From: Candidatus Edwardsbacteria bacterium
Lineage (GTDB): Bacteria > Edwardsbacteria > AC1 > EtOH8
DNA length: 64,000 nt
Direction of reading: 5' to 3'
Assembly: GCA_018821925.1 (NCBI GenBank)
Contig: JAHJLF010000053.1
Span: forward strand, 495 to 64,494
The translations under genes and the position numbers were made by a program. Shown here piece by piece: positions 1 through 9,825 of this stretch. The notes beneath the pieces were generated by a model that worked only from the letters and a program-made list of their open reading frames with translations, was not told the origin of the DNA and made no database searches. Position 1 is the first letter of the stretch; every line of letters begins with the position of its first letter.

Positions 1-2741
1 AAGCCCAGCGCCCCGTCCTGTAAAATGGCCTGGGCGTCGCCGTCCTCGGAAAAGCCCGAAGACAAAAGAACTTTGACCTTGGGATTTATTTTACGCATTT
101 GAGCAAAGGCCTCCCGCCCGTCCAATCTGGGCATTACCATGTCCATTATAACCAGATCGATATTCTGGTGTTGTCTGGAATACAGCTCCACCGCTTCCTG
201 GCCGTCGGCGCAAGTCTGCACCTGGTAACCGGCGATCTTAAGGATTTGGGCGGCGATACTCCGGATCATTTCCTCATCGTCCACTATCAGAATGCTTCCG
301 GTCCCCGCCAAATCGGGCAGAGCCTGCGGCTGGCCAAAATCCTGTTGCCCGGCAGGCAGGCCGCCGTACAACGGCAGGTAAAGCTTGACGGACGTGCCCC
401 GGCCCAGTTCGGAATATACTTCTATCGAACCCCCGTGGTTCTTGACGCAGCCGTAGACCCCGGCCAGGCCCAGCCCGGTGCCCAGGCCTTTTTCCTTGGT
501 GGTAAAGAACGGCTCGAACAGGTGGCGTTTGACTTCGCCGCTCATGCCGCTGCCGGTATCGTCCACCGAGATCTGGATGTAGGGCCCGGGCTCGATCTTG
601 TAATTGTGCCGGCGGATGTATTCTTCGTCTAAGTTGATCAGGTCGGCGGAGAAGATCAGCTTGCCTCCTTCAGGCATGGCGTCCCGGGCATTGATGCCCA
701 GGTTCATTAAGGCGTTCTCCAACTGGCCGGGGTCTCCCAGTATCACTGCGGGATTGGCCCTTAAGTGCTGTTCTATGCTGATCCGCCGGTCTATGGTGCT
801 GCTTAAGATTCCCAAGGTCTCGGCGATGATCTTGTGAACATTGACCGGGGCCTTCTGGTACTGCCCCTTGCGGGCAAAGGCCAAAAGCTGTTTGGTAAGG
901 GTGGCGGCGTGCCCCGAGGCTTTGATGATGTTGTCTACATATGACTCCAGCTCCTTCTGGCCGTAAACTTTAAGCTGCAGCAGCTCGGCGTTGCCCACGA
1001 TGCCGGCCAGCATGTTGTTGAAGTCGTGGGCCACCCCTCCGGCCAAGTGTCCTATAGCATCCATCTTTTGGGCCTGCAGCAATTCCTGCTCCATCAGCTT
1101 GCGGTCGGAGATGTCCCGGTCAAAAGCCAGAATATATTTACGGCCGCCATATTCCAAAAGGCCGGCATTGTATTCTACTGGGAATTCCGTCCCGTCTTTC
1201 CTCCGGTGAATGATTTCTCCTTTGATCCACTCGCCTTTAAGGATTCTTTCCATTCTTTGGGCCGTTTTGTGGTGTTCGCTCGGAGAATCAAGATCGGAGA
1301 TGTGCAGGCGGGATATTTCCTCTACCTTGTATCCGTGCATCGCGGCTGCGGCCTGGTTGGCCGCTGCGATCTTGCCCGCATTGGGGCCTTCGGCCTCCAT
1401 GATGATGATGGCGTCCCCGGCCTTTTGGAACAGCGCCCGGTAGCGTTCCTCGCTTTCTTTCAGCGCATCCTCAGCCCTCTTATGTTCGGTGATGTCCTCG
1501 ACCGTGCCTTCGTAAAATAAGACCTCCCGGTCCGGCCCCCGGATGCAACGGGCGTTTTCGCGCATCCAGATCGCCGAGCCGTCATTGCGCTTCCATAGTG
1601 ACTCGTACCCGATGAGCTGGTCGCCCTGTTCCACCAGCCGCTTGAACACGGCCCGTTCATAACTAGGCGCATAGTCTTCCTGCTCCAGGTTGCGCCGGGC
1701 AAGATCCTCGAACGAAGCGTACCCCAGCATGCTGACCAGGGCCGGGTTGGACATCAGGATGCGGCCGCCGGGCGTGGTGCGGTAGATGCCGATGAAGGTG
1801 TTGTCGGCGAAACTGCGCAGCCGCTCCTCGCTTTCCCACAATGCCTCCTCCGCCCGCTTGCGGTCGGTGATGTCCTTGATGATATGGACGAAGGAAACGG
1901 TGCGCCCATCCGGGTCCTTGATGGGCCAGGCGTGCAGCGAATAGTACCGGTCATCCTGTTCGTATTCGCTAAACCCCTCGACTCCGGACTCCAAGGTCAT
2001 AATGCACGGGCAGGCGATGATCGGCTCGGTTGTCCGGTGCACCAGCTCGTAGCATTTCCGTCCGATTATCTGCTCGCGGGGCAGGCCCAGCGCCTTGACC
2101 CCGGCGTTGTTGATGGATAGGAACTCATGACCGCTGGAAATCACGCAGACGATGTCCGAGATGGCGTCGAAAGTAGTGTTCCAATTCAGGGCCGCATATT
2201 TAAGCGCCTCTTCGGCCTGCTCCTTCTTTTTTCGTTCGGCCGCCACCTGCACCGACCAGAAACTGCTGAATATGGCGATCAAAAAGAAGAACGGTATCCT
2301 CAGCCAGAACGAAGGTTCGCCAAACATGTCCGCGCCGTACTTCTTGTAAACCAGCCAACCATACAACAGCGAAGTGACGATAGCCACCGGAAAGGCCCCG
2401 CCCAGGCTCTGGCCCACGCTGGACATGAATATGCTTAAAAAGTATATCAGGTAAAAATCGGTGTTGATGCCCTCGGCAAAATAGACCACCGCCGAGACGA
2501 ATATGATGTCCAGCACGAACAGCACATAGACGAACCAGCCTTTCTCAAAATAGCGCTGGGGGATAAAGGAGATGGCCAGGTTCAAGACCAGGTAGATCAG
2601 CGACAGCAGATAATTGGGGCTGTTGAACTCCAGGCCCTTGGGGCTGTATGCCGCCATGAAGATCACCAGCAGCACCACTAACCAGCGGAGGATCAATACC
2701 GTGCTTTTGTGGTTTAAGGCCAGGCCTTTAAACTGCATCAT
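1..2741 (-). CDS. Membrane-bound multi-PAS hybrid sensor histidine kinase/response regulator (3' end runs off the window start)
   Basis: Missing from the ORF track because it is open at the window edge. Manual translation from ATG 2741: MMQFKGLALNHKSTVLILRW, hydrophobic TM segments, PAS/PAC repeats, H-box 'QKMDAIGHLAGGVAHDFNNML' (~1010-1070), G-box 'GKGLGAGLGLA', C-terminal receiver ('...ILQDGALG'). Confidence 0.9.
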   Translation of the reverse strand, partial: MMQFKGLALNHKSTVLILRWLVVLLVIFMAAYSPKGLEFNSPNYLLSLIYLVLNLAISFIPQRYFEKGWFVYVLFVLDIIFVSAVVYFAEGINTDFYLIYFLSIFMSSVGQSLGGAFPVAIVTSLLYGWLVYKKYGADMFGEPSFWLRIPFFFLIAIFSSFWSVQVAAERKKKEQAEEALKYAALNWNTTFDAISDIVCVISSGHEFLSINNAGVKALGLPREQIIGRKCYELVHRTTEPIIACPCIMTLESGVEGFSEYEQDDRYYSLHAWPIKDPDGRTVSFVHIIKDITDRKRAEEALWESEERLRSFADNTFIGIYRTTPGGRILMSNPALVSMLGYASFEDLARRNLEQEDYAPSYERAVFKRLVEQGDQLIGYESLWKRNDGSAIWMRENARCIRGPDREVLFYEGTVEDITEHKRAEDALKESEERYRALFQKAGDAIIIMEAEGPNAGKIAAANQAAAAMHGYKVEEISRLHISDLDSPSEHHKTAQRMERILKGEWIKGEIIHRRKDGTEFPVEYNAGLLEYGGRKYILAFDRDISDRKLMEQELLQAQKMDAIGHLAGGVAHDFNNMLAGIVGNAELLQLKVYGQKELESYVDNIIKASGHAATLTKQLLAFARKGQYQKAPVNVHKIIAETLGILSSTIDRRISIEQHLRANPAVILGDPGQLENALMNLGINARDAMPEGGKLIFSADLINLDEEYIRRHNYKIEPGPYIQISVDDTGSGMSGEVKRHLFEPFFTTKEKGLGTGLGLAGVYGCVKNHGGSIEVYSELGRGTSVKLYLPLYGGLPAGQQDFGQPQALPDLAGTGSILIVDDEEMIRSIAAQILKIAGYQVQTCADGQEAVELYSRQHQNIDLVIMDMVMPRLDGREAFAQMRKINPKVKVLLSSGFSEDGDAQAILQDGALG

Positions 2742-3075
2742 ATTTTAAAACTGCTTGGTTGTTTGGTTTAATTACCCGTCCCCTGTCACCTGAACGCTTT
2801 CCGCTGCACACCAATCATTGAGGATGCCCGCCCTACTATGCCTATCGCGGCAATCCACGACTAAGGATGGATTGCTTTCGCCCACTCTATTATGTTTAGC
2901 CTCTTTAAGTGCAGTAGCTTCCGCTTACGCTTCTTGCCTGCCTTCTTCTCCTCCACGCCTGCGGCTTGGTAGAAGATCAGGTCGCGGATGGATTGGACCT
3001 CTTGGCCGGACATTAATTGCCTTTATTTTTTCCTGCGGTTATACGGGCTTTGGTTAGTGGGCTTTAATGCGCTAG

Positions 3076-3123
3076 GTCATTCCGGCACTTCATTGCATTC
3101 AGTGTAGACTCCGGCAGGACCCC
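3076..3123. repeat. REP-like palindromic element (GTCATTCC family)
   Basis: gtcattccggcacttcattgcattcagtgtagactccggcaggac closely matches gtcattcccgcacttcattacattcagtataaactcaggcgggaatc at 46164-46210. Confidence 0.6.
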
Positions 3124-3372
3124 TGGCTTTTCTGCCTCACACAAAGCGACTTTTATTCTTTAAACTTTAAGCTTTGGACTTTGAACTTTATTACTTTAAC
3201 CTGGCCTCCGGGGTTAGCCCTGGTGGGGGTGTTTTGCTTTGCAAGTTGTTTTAGCTATGGCGCAACTTGGCGGGGGTTGGCCTATACGCAGGCGGGTAGT
3301 GCTGGTGCGAGGTTGGGCCGGGGGTTGGGGTGGCGTGGCCAAGATTTCCAGGGTGTTTGTATTAAAATAAGG

Positions 3373-5655
3373 CTATGTTATCTTCAATTGCTTTATTGGT
3401 CTTTGGTGTAAAACCATCATACTATCATTGAGCGATTTACTCATTTTTACATTTCGTTTCATTTTCTTCAAATATTTCTTTATCGCCTCAGATTTATCAT
3501 AGTCTTTCGTTTCATACAATATTCCAAATCCAACAGGTAGTGGAATTTCATCTTTATAATTACTAATCATAAAATCAAAAGGTTTTTCCATTTCTAATTC
3601 ATGTGCAATAACTGCTGCAAAAAATAATGCGAAAGATTTCACCTGAGCGTCTTTTTGGGTATTATCATCGATCAATATGTTTGTATCCTCTAATGATTTT
3701 TGGAAGTATTCATAAGCATAACTATTTTTCAACACAATTGTGATAAACCAAAACAAATATATTTGTGAAACATTCGAAAATGGTGATTTTATTTTTGAAG
3801 CAACTATATCTTGATATAATATTGATGCCTCTATAAATATTTTATACAAATTATCTTGTACAATTTGATACGGGCTTGAATAACCAGCCATTAAATAATT
3901 TCCGACATTAGACAATCTAAACCATTTCTGTGGTTCATTCACTGGAACAACATCTATTATTTGTTGCAATATTGCGGGGCAGTCTTTATTTAATCCAACA
4001 TAAAAATAATATATGTTTTGCCAATAATAATTAAAAGCACGTGTATCAATATCTAATATTTTACCTTTCGAGCACTTTTTTGCATATAAAAATTCCATAA
4101 ATGTTCTGTGTTTAAAATATATTACATGCTTATCTACATCATTTACTAACAAACCAGACCTATTGACAATCTTATCATATAGCATTGATGGTTCAATTTC
4201 CATGTTCCTTTGGTTTAAATAACCACTAATCCTATCTTGGAATTCTACATTTGATAGCACAGGCAAACTATTTTCTATCATATAAACAGATAGATCCATT
4301 AATATATTTTCAGAAGCTTCATATTCTTTTTGCGATTGTAAACCTTTTTGAATATCCCATCTGCCAAGCATCAACTCAATATATTTATTAAACAATTCAG
4401 TCATATTCGCTGGCAAATCTTTCGAATTTTCATTTATTAAGTTTGCCAACAATATCGCAGCAATCGGACTCCTTGGTAATTCTTTAAATAAAACAGAATT
4501 TTTTAAATCTTCAATTATTCTACATGATATATTAATTTCACGGCAAATTGCGTTTAAAAATTCAACAACCCTAGTCATGCTTAACGATTTCAATTCATAT
4601 AAAACGACTCTTTGCGTAATTTCCTTTTCAGCTTCAATGGAATTCAACTGCCTCGAAGCAAATACTGCTTTGACATTTTTCTTCTCGTAAATATCCTTCG
4701 TAATCCTTTTTAATATTTCAATATTTTGTTCAACGGGCAGATCTTTTTCATCAATTCCATCAATCAACAATAAGATATTGCTATCTTCTCCAAGGTTATC
4801 AATAATTTCCCGAGCTATTTGATTTTCAATTAATTTATTGATATTTGCTTCATATTTATCTACAAAGTCAGTATATGTACAAAACAAAGGGATTATTTTT
4901 TCATCTATGTATGCTTCACCATTTGAATATTTACAAACAATCTGCCTCAATAATTTAGATTTACCAGAACCCATACCCCCTTCAATGATGATTATTTTCT
5001 TTTGCGTTATGGCTTTATATATATCAATATAACTATTTTTATGTTTTTGTGAAGTATACTCATTTTCTCTTTCAGTTATGTCCTGCTCTATATATATTTT
5101 ATTACTACAAGTAGGCAATAAATTTAAAGTCTTGTCTAATTCCTCATTTCTATATTTTATTTCAGCTAAATATAGACCTAACTTTAATGATATATCATAC
5201 CAATAATTTGGCAAGTGTTTATCAATTAATTCGCTTAAAGTTTGCCCCTTAATAAACCTTATTTTATTAGCTTTAAATTTATTGTTGATTTTTTCTTCAG
5301 CATTTGCAGTTATTGTTGAATTTGATATCACCCATATTTCGGTAAGTTGTATCTTTTTTCTACCACCTTCAACATATCTTTCAAGAGAGCAACATTCATC
5401 AATTTGTCGTTCAACATCAGTAAAATCCATATGAATCTTACCAATCTTAGCTATTACACCTACGTAATCTGTCGTTTGGAATTGATCATTATATTGATGC
5501 AATACAAAATCCGCGCCCTTTTCACCAACACCGTGTGTGTAGTCGACATGCCGTATATTAGTTAGTTTTGTTAGTAGTTCATTGAGTAATGGATGGAATT
5601 CATTTATTTCATCTTTTATTTCTTCCAATTTTTTTCGTTTTAATGAGTATTCCAT
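3373..5655 (-). CDS. NACHT/STAND NTPase with N-terminal restriction-endonuclease-like (Mrr-type) domain; putative antiphage NLR-like protein
   Basis: 760 aa. N-terminal 'HGVGEKGADFVL...VIAK' resembles a PD-(D/E)xK REase. Walker A GGMGSGKS, Walker B LLLIDGIDE, winged-helix 'YFKHRTFMEFL'. Very AT-rich, next to an R-M gene. Confidence 0.8.
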   Translation of the reverse strand: MEYSLKRKKLEEIKDEINEFHPLLNELLTKLTNIRHVDYTHGVGEKGADFVLHQYNDQFQTTDYVGVIAKIGKIHMDFTDVERQIDECCSLERYVEGGRKKIQLTEIWVISNSTITANAEEKINNKFKANKIRFIKGQTLSELIDKHLPNYWYDISLKLGLYLAEIKYRNEELDKTLNLLPTCSNKIYIEQDITERENEYTSQKHKNSYIDIYKAITQKKIIIIEGGMGSGKSKLLRQIVCKYSNGEAYIDEKIIPLFCTYTDFVDKYEANINKLIENQIAREIIDNLGEDSNILLLIDGIDEKDLPVEQNIEILKRITKDIYEKKNVKAVFASRQLNSIEAEKEITQRVVLYELKSLSMTRVVEFLNAICREINISCRIIEDLKNSVLFKELPRSPIAAILLANLINENSKDLPANMTELFNKYIELMLGRWDIQKGLQSQKEYEASENILMDLSVYMIENSLPVLSNVEFQDRISGYLNQRNMEIEPSMLYDKIVNRSGLLVNDVDKHVIYFKHRTFMEFLYAKKCSKGKILDIDTRAFNYYWQNIYYFYVGLNKDCPAILQQIIDVVPVNEPQKWFRLSNVGNYLMAGYSSPYQIVQDNLYKIFIEASILYQDIVASKIKSPFSNVSQIYLFWFITIVLKNSYAYEYFQKSLEDTNILIDDNTQKDAQVKSFALFFAAVIAHELEMEKPFDFMISNYKDEIPLPVGFGILYETKDYDKSEAIKKYLKKMKRNVKMSKSLNDSMMVLHQRPIKQLKIT

Positions 5656-5691
5656 AAGATATTCCTTTTTATTAGTTAATAGAACTAAATC

Positions 5692-5847
5692 TTACTCTGC
5701 CTCCACCACTTTTTTCTCTGCCTCGTTCAGCCCGTACAACCTATACACTATCTCATTAATCTCCTGGTCTATTACGGCAATGTCCGCAGAGTGGCGTTGC
5801 CGCAGTTCCAGGGTTAATAAAGCCGGGATTAGCCCAGCTTGGTGTAT
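5692..5847 (-). pseudogene. Orphan C-terminal remnant of a Type IIG/Eco57I-like R-M gene
   Basis: Startless frame reads ...LELRQRHSADIAVIDQEINEIVYRLYGLNEAEKKVVEAE*, the typical 'ID-EID-LVY-LYGL-EE--IVE' tail of Eco57I/TaqI-like methyltransferases. Confidence 0.7.
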
Positions 5848-5875
5848 TTATTTTTGTTAGTTTAAGTTAAGCCCC

Positions 5876-8800
5876 TTACACCCAATCCATCTCCAAACCG
5901 TGCTCTTTAAATATCTCTTCCGCCAGGTTCTGGGCTTGCTTGTGGTCGTGTGTGCCTTGGAACAGCCTGGTGATAAGTTTTTCCTTAATGCCCTTTAAAT
6001 ACCTACGGTATTCCTTAACGGCTTTGTTTACAACGATGGTTGTTTTAGGAACCTTAAGTACGTATACATTGGGTTTAACGGAATAGACCACAAAACGGGC
6101 TTCCTCCAAACTATCCACTTCGGTGACTTTTTTACCTTCTTGGTTTACGATGTCGTAAACGCCCAAAAACTGATGACCCACTTTTAAGGCCGTGCCGGGG
6201 ACCGAAACATCTTTGGTTTTGTTAAGTTCTCTGGCATCCACAAAATCGTGTGGGAACTGCTTTAAGCCGTCGCCTATAATTTCTTCTTCGGCTACTTTCT
6301 TAATATCCTCGGCGGAAGCCTTTGGCCCGGCCTTGTTAGCTTTGCGCCGCATTTTGGGCAGTTCCAAACGCTCGGCCACTAATTGGGTAATGCCTTCGTA
6401 TATTTTAGGCAAATATTCTTTAGCATTAAGCCCCAAAGCTTCTAATACCACGGCATCTAATTTTTGCCGGTCTTTTGATTTTACTTCTTCTGAAACAGAT
6501 TCAATTCGCCGCACTTTCAAAACATTATATGCATCTATTATTTTTCCTTTAGCCTTTTCTGATATTTTTTGTATATCAGGCATAGGTATACTATTTTGCC
6601 AATCAGTACCTTCAGTTTTTGTGGCACCTTCACCTAAGTTTACCCTACTGTTCACTTCGCGTATTAGGGCATACAATGTTGAGTTCAAAACGGCGACCAC
6701 CAAAGCGGCTTCTTTTTTAGCGACAAGTAACTCAAAAAGATTATGGTCAACATATACAGCCTGATGGTTGTGATAAATGACAAACCTTTGATCATTTATC
6801 ATTGGCAAAAGAATATTACCTGGTTCTTTGTCGGTTAATGACCACCAGTATTTTCGGCCGGTAACGCTGGGCACTTTGGACCAAGCCATTCCGTTTTCCG
6901 TCTTTTGCTTTTCGCCCCATTCAATGTACTCCAAAGCCCCTTTATAACCCTGCTTTTTAAGTTCGGCCTTGCTTAGGTTGCAAATAAAGAGCAGATTCTT
7001 TAGCTTACTTTTGTCAATTACAATGCCTTCGGCCTCTTTGGGGCTTTTTATGACAGGTTTTAGGAATTCCGCTTCGATCTCACCCTGCCAGCCTTTAGCG
7101 TTTGTAACTTGTATCTTTTTATCCTTGGCCTTAGGTTTTTCGATTGGCTCAAGATAGAAGAATTCATTGATGCCCGTTGTATAACCACGCCTGAAGTCAG
7201 CCACATCTTTTAACGGGACCAGCTTGTCCTTGGCCTTATCCAAAATGTCAAAATAAACCTTGGGCGCCCGCAGGTATTTTCCCCACTTGTCCAACTGCCC
7301 TTTGGCTTTTAATTCATCTCTTAAGAACTGCTGTTTAACCAAGCGAATGGAAAAATCGTCATTCTCCACCGTTTCCACGCCGTTAAGCGTGCAATTAACC
7401 CGGCCGTTTTCTATTTTCAGGAACTTGCTTTCGGAGGTTTCTATCCGGCGGACCAGGGCGTCTATTTTATTCCACCTATCGCTTTCCTGCAAAACCAAAT
7501 CGGGGAACGGTATCAGCTCGGCCAGTTTTTTGTTGAGCTTTACGAACTTTACGACGTTGTTGTCCCGTTTTTCCGGTTCCGGGCATCTTTCCAATATGGT
7601 AAATACGGTATTGACCGCCGCATCCTCAAACCAGGGCTCGGCCCAGGAAACCACCACCGCCACCACTTTAAAGTGATCCAACAGAAATTCTTTGAGCACG
7701 GAACCGTAGGAAACATCCAGCCAGGAATTGGAAGTGATAAAGCCCATCCTCCCGCCCTTTTCGGCAAACCTGGCGGCATGAGGATAAAGGTAGGTGTAAA
7801 TGTCGGCCTGGCCGGAAAGCCGCAAACCCAAACTGCCGTCCTTGGCCCAGCGTTCGGCAACGCTTTGTTTGCCCAGATAATCGCTTTTGCCGAAATGCTC
7901 CAGGTCGGTGGGTCGTAATTTTTTGGCTTCAAACCAGGCCGGGTAATCGGCCAGCCAATCGGCCGCCATCGTTTTAACCAAAAAATCCTTGTAGCCTTCG
8001 TTCTTCTTCTCAATTATCTCCTGCCGGATAAAAGGGAAATTGCCGACCATGCCGCTGAATTGCGGTATTTTTATTTTGATGGGCGTAAATTGGTCGTTAT
8101 CCACTTTGGGCGGCGGGAATTCGAATTCAAAGCCGGGATAAATGCTGAAAAAGTCTTTGGTATCCACATGGGGGAAATTGGTGTAATCACCGATTTTGTT
8201 TTTGAACAGGTTGATGGTGGCTAATTCCGCCGGGAAATGCGCAATGTCTATGCCCCAAATCTGGTTTAGCAATTCATGATGCTGTTTTTTGTTGCCCGAA
8301 AGCCAGTGTAACCGGGAATACAGGCGGTTTAAAAATGTGCCGCTGCCGCAGGTGGGATCGCAGTAATAACCTTCAGGGTTGTTTGCCACAAAGCCGATGA
8401 TAAAATCCACCAAATCCTCGCGGGTAAAGTACTGGCCTAAAAGATGCCGCTCCTGCGGTGGTATCAGTTCCTCAAATATCTGGCCTACCACGTCCTCCTG
8501 CAACTGGCCGAAGTTGTATTGCTTCATATCCTGCAACAGTTCGGCCAAAACATCTTTTGAACTTTGAGGCACGCCGGTTTTTTCCAAAATGTCTTCTTCG
8601 AACACCGAATGCCAGTCAATGCGGCGGGCCGCCATAAAAGCCGACCGCAACAATTGCTCGACATCGGTTCCGGCTTCCACCTCCAGATCGGGCAGGCCTT
8701 TAAAGTGACGGCGGATGGTCAAATAAAACAAAAGTTTGCTGATCAACCGGTATGCCCATTGCCGGGACAAAGTAGCGTAGAAGTTTTCATCCCCGACATT

Positions 8801-9415
8801 GGCAATACCCTGGGTAGTGGCCCACTGTTCTATGGAATGTTTTAACTCGCGGTCGCGTATCTTTATTTTCAGATGCTCGGCAAAATGGGTGTGCAGCTTA
8901 TGAACGCTGTCGTGCAGCAGTTTAACAAAGAAATGTTTATCGGGGATAAAATCATGCAAATGCCCCCTTTGGTCTAATTCATTGATGTCGGCAATAAACT
9001 GCTGCAAATGGTTTTTAAGTTTTAGTTTTACATCCGCGCCCATCCAGCCGGCAATGTCCGAGATAACATAGGTGCTGTAACTTTTCACCTTATTCAGTTT
9101 CTGATCTTCAAAGGTATATAAAACCGCCTCGTCAAAGTTCCAGGTTATGCCGTATTTAACATTAAGATTCAACGCCTTTTCCAGAAAAGTATCCAGATCT
9201 TCAATCATGCCTGGCTGTTTTATTTCCATATAAGCAAAGGCCTCGCCCGCTGCCCGATTTTTCCAAAGCACAATATCGGGAAAGAGGGTTCGGCCCTGAT
9301 TCTTAACGCCGGTTTCCGCCAAGGCCTCCTTGAACGGGTGGGCGCCGGTCTCGGCCATGCGGTTTAACTGTTCACACAGCCAGATTGCTATTTCGCGTTC
9401 GTTGGATTTAGGCAT
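5876..9415 (-). CDS. Type IIG restriction-modification enzyme (REase + N6-adenine methyltransferase + TRD in one chain)
   Basis: 1179 aa. N-terminal FPD...EIK nuclease motif, 'GQYFT', motif I DPTCGSGTFL, motif IV variant GNFPF, 'GFITSNSWLDVSYG', C-terminal specificity region. Confidence 0.9.
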   Translation of the reverse strand: MPKSNEREIAIWLCEQLNRMAETGAHPFKEALAETGVKNQGRTLFPDIVLWKNRAAGEAFAYMEIKQPGMIEDLDTFLEKALNLNVKYGITWNFDEAVLYTFEDQKLNKVKSYSTYVISDIAGWMGADVKLKLKNHLQQFIADINELDQRGHLHDFIPDKHFFVKLLHDSVHKLHTHFAEHLKIKIRDRELKHSIEQWATTQGIANVGDENFYATLSRQWAYRLISKLLFYLTIRRHFKGLPDLEVEAGTDVEQLLRSAFMAARRIDWHSVFEEDILEKTGVPQSSKDVLAELLQDMKQYNFGQLQEDVVGQIFEELIPPQERHLLGQYFTREDLVDFIIGFVANNPEGYYCDPTCGSGTFLNRLYSRLHWLSGNKKQHHELLNQIWGIDIAHFPAELATINLFKNKIGDYTNFPHVDTKDFFSIYPGFEFEFPPPKVDNDQFTPIKIKIPQFSGMVGNFPFIRQEIIEKKNEGYKDFLVKTMAADWLADYPAWFEAKKLRPTDLEHFGKSDYLGKQSVAERWAKDGSLGLRLSGQADIYTYLYPHAARFAEKGGRMGFITSNSWLDVSYGSVLKEFLLDHFKVVAVVVSWAEPWFEDAAVNTVFTILERCPEPEKRDNNVVKFVKLNKKLAELIPFPDLVLQESDRWNKIDALVRRIETSESKFLKIENGRVNCTLNGVETVENDDFSIRLVKQQFLRDELKAKGQLDKWGKYLRAPKVYFDILDKAKDKLVPLKDVADFRRGYTTGINEFFYLEPIEKPKAKDKKIQVTNAKGWQGEIEAEFLKPVIKSPKEAEGIVIDKSKLKNLLFICNLSKAELKKQGYKGALEYIEWGEKQKTENGMAWSKVPSVTGRKYWWSLTDKEPGNILLPMINDQRFVIYHNHQAVYVDHNLFELLVAKKEAALVVAVLNSTLYALIREVNSRVNLGEGATKTEGTDWQNSIPMPDIQKISEKAKGKIIDAYNVLKVRRIESVSEEVKSKDRQKLDAVVLEALGLNAKEYLPKIYEGITQLVAERLELPKMRRKANKAGPKASAEDIKKVAEEEIIGDGLKQFPHDFVDARELNKTKDVSVPGTALKVGHQFLGVYDIVNQEGKKVTEVDSLEEARFVVYSVKPNVYVLKVPKTTIVVNKAVKEYRRYLKGIKEKLITRLFQGTHDHKQAQNLAEEIFKEHGLEMDWV

Positions 9416-9432
9416 AATATCTTATAATTTAT

Positions 9433-9483
9433 AAGCGTATAGTTTTATTATTAACTATACGCTTTTTAGGTTTTTAAAGTCAA
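9433..9483 (-). promoter_or_regulatory. Putative sigma70 promoter of the R-M gene overlapped by a perfect 12-bp inverted repeat
   Basis: Minus strand TTGACT-N18-TATAGT. The palindrome aagcgtatagtt-N8-aactatacgctt (9433-9464) covers the -10 box. Confidence 0.5.
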
Positions 9484-9494
9484 GCATAATTATA

Positions 9495-9746
9495 TTAGAA
9501 AGTTGTCTTATGACAATTCCAACAAAGTATCTCACAATTAGAAAGCGTATCGGCCCCGCCGCTTTCAACGGCCACCTTATGGTGCGCTTCCCAAGCACCA
9601 ACACCACTTTCACGGCCTCTGTTTTCCCAGGTAAGCGTTTTGTTACACCGCCCGGTATGCCCATGTGTGGTTCTTTGGCATTCGCATTTGCCCCCGGCTC
9701 GTTCCCAAGCCTCTTTTACGGTTTCTTCTGAAAAAGCCATTTCCAT
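9495..9746 (-). CDS. Small standalone HNH endonuclease-family protein
   Basis: 83 aa, 'GGKCEC...C...WEAHH...NCEILCWNCH'; SD aggag upstream. Confidence 0.8.
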   Translation of the reverse strand: MEMAFSEETVKEAWERAGGKCECQRTTHGHTGRCNKTLTWENRGRESGVGAWEAHHKVAVESGGADTLSNCEILCWNCHKTTF

Positions 9747-9763
9747 TCTCCTTTTAATTTTTT

Positions 9764-9802
9764 GTTTTATCGTTTTCCAGCCGCCCCAAAGCTGCCTTGT
9801 TT
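9764..9802. repeat. ~40-bp direct repeat upstream of two genes (second copy 10630-10669)
   Basis: gttttatcgttttccagccgccccaaagctgccttgttt vs gttttatcgttttcccagccgccccaaagtcgccttgttt. Confidence 0.8.
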
Positions 9803-9825
9803 ATTTACCTTATAAGTCAGACCAA

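Noticed and set aside
99-2438. Many plus-strand ORFs
   Set aside because: Antisense shadows of the histidine kinase. The same applies to most short opposite-strand ORFs across the window.
3240-3370. Possible integron attC-like site downstream of the NACHT gene
   Set aside because: No clear RYYYAAC/GTTRRRY pair with complementary arms, and no integrase.
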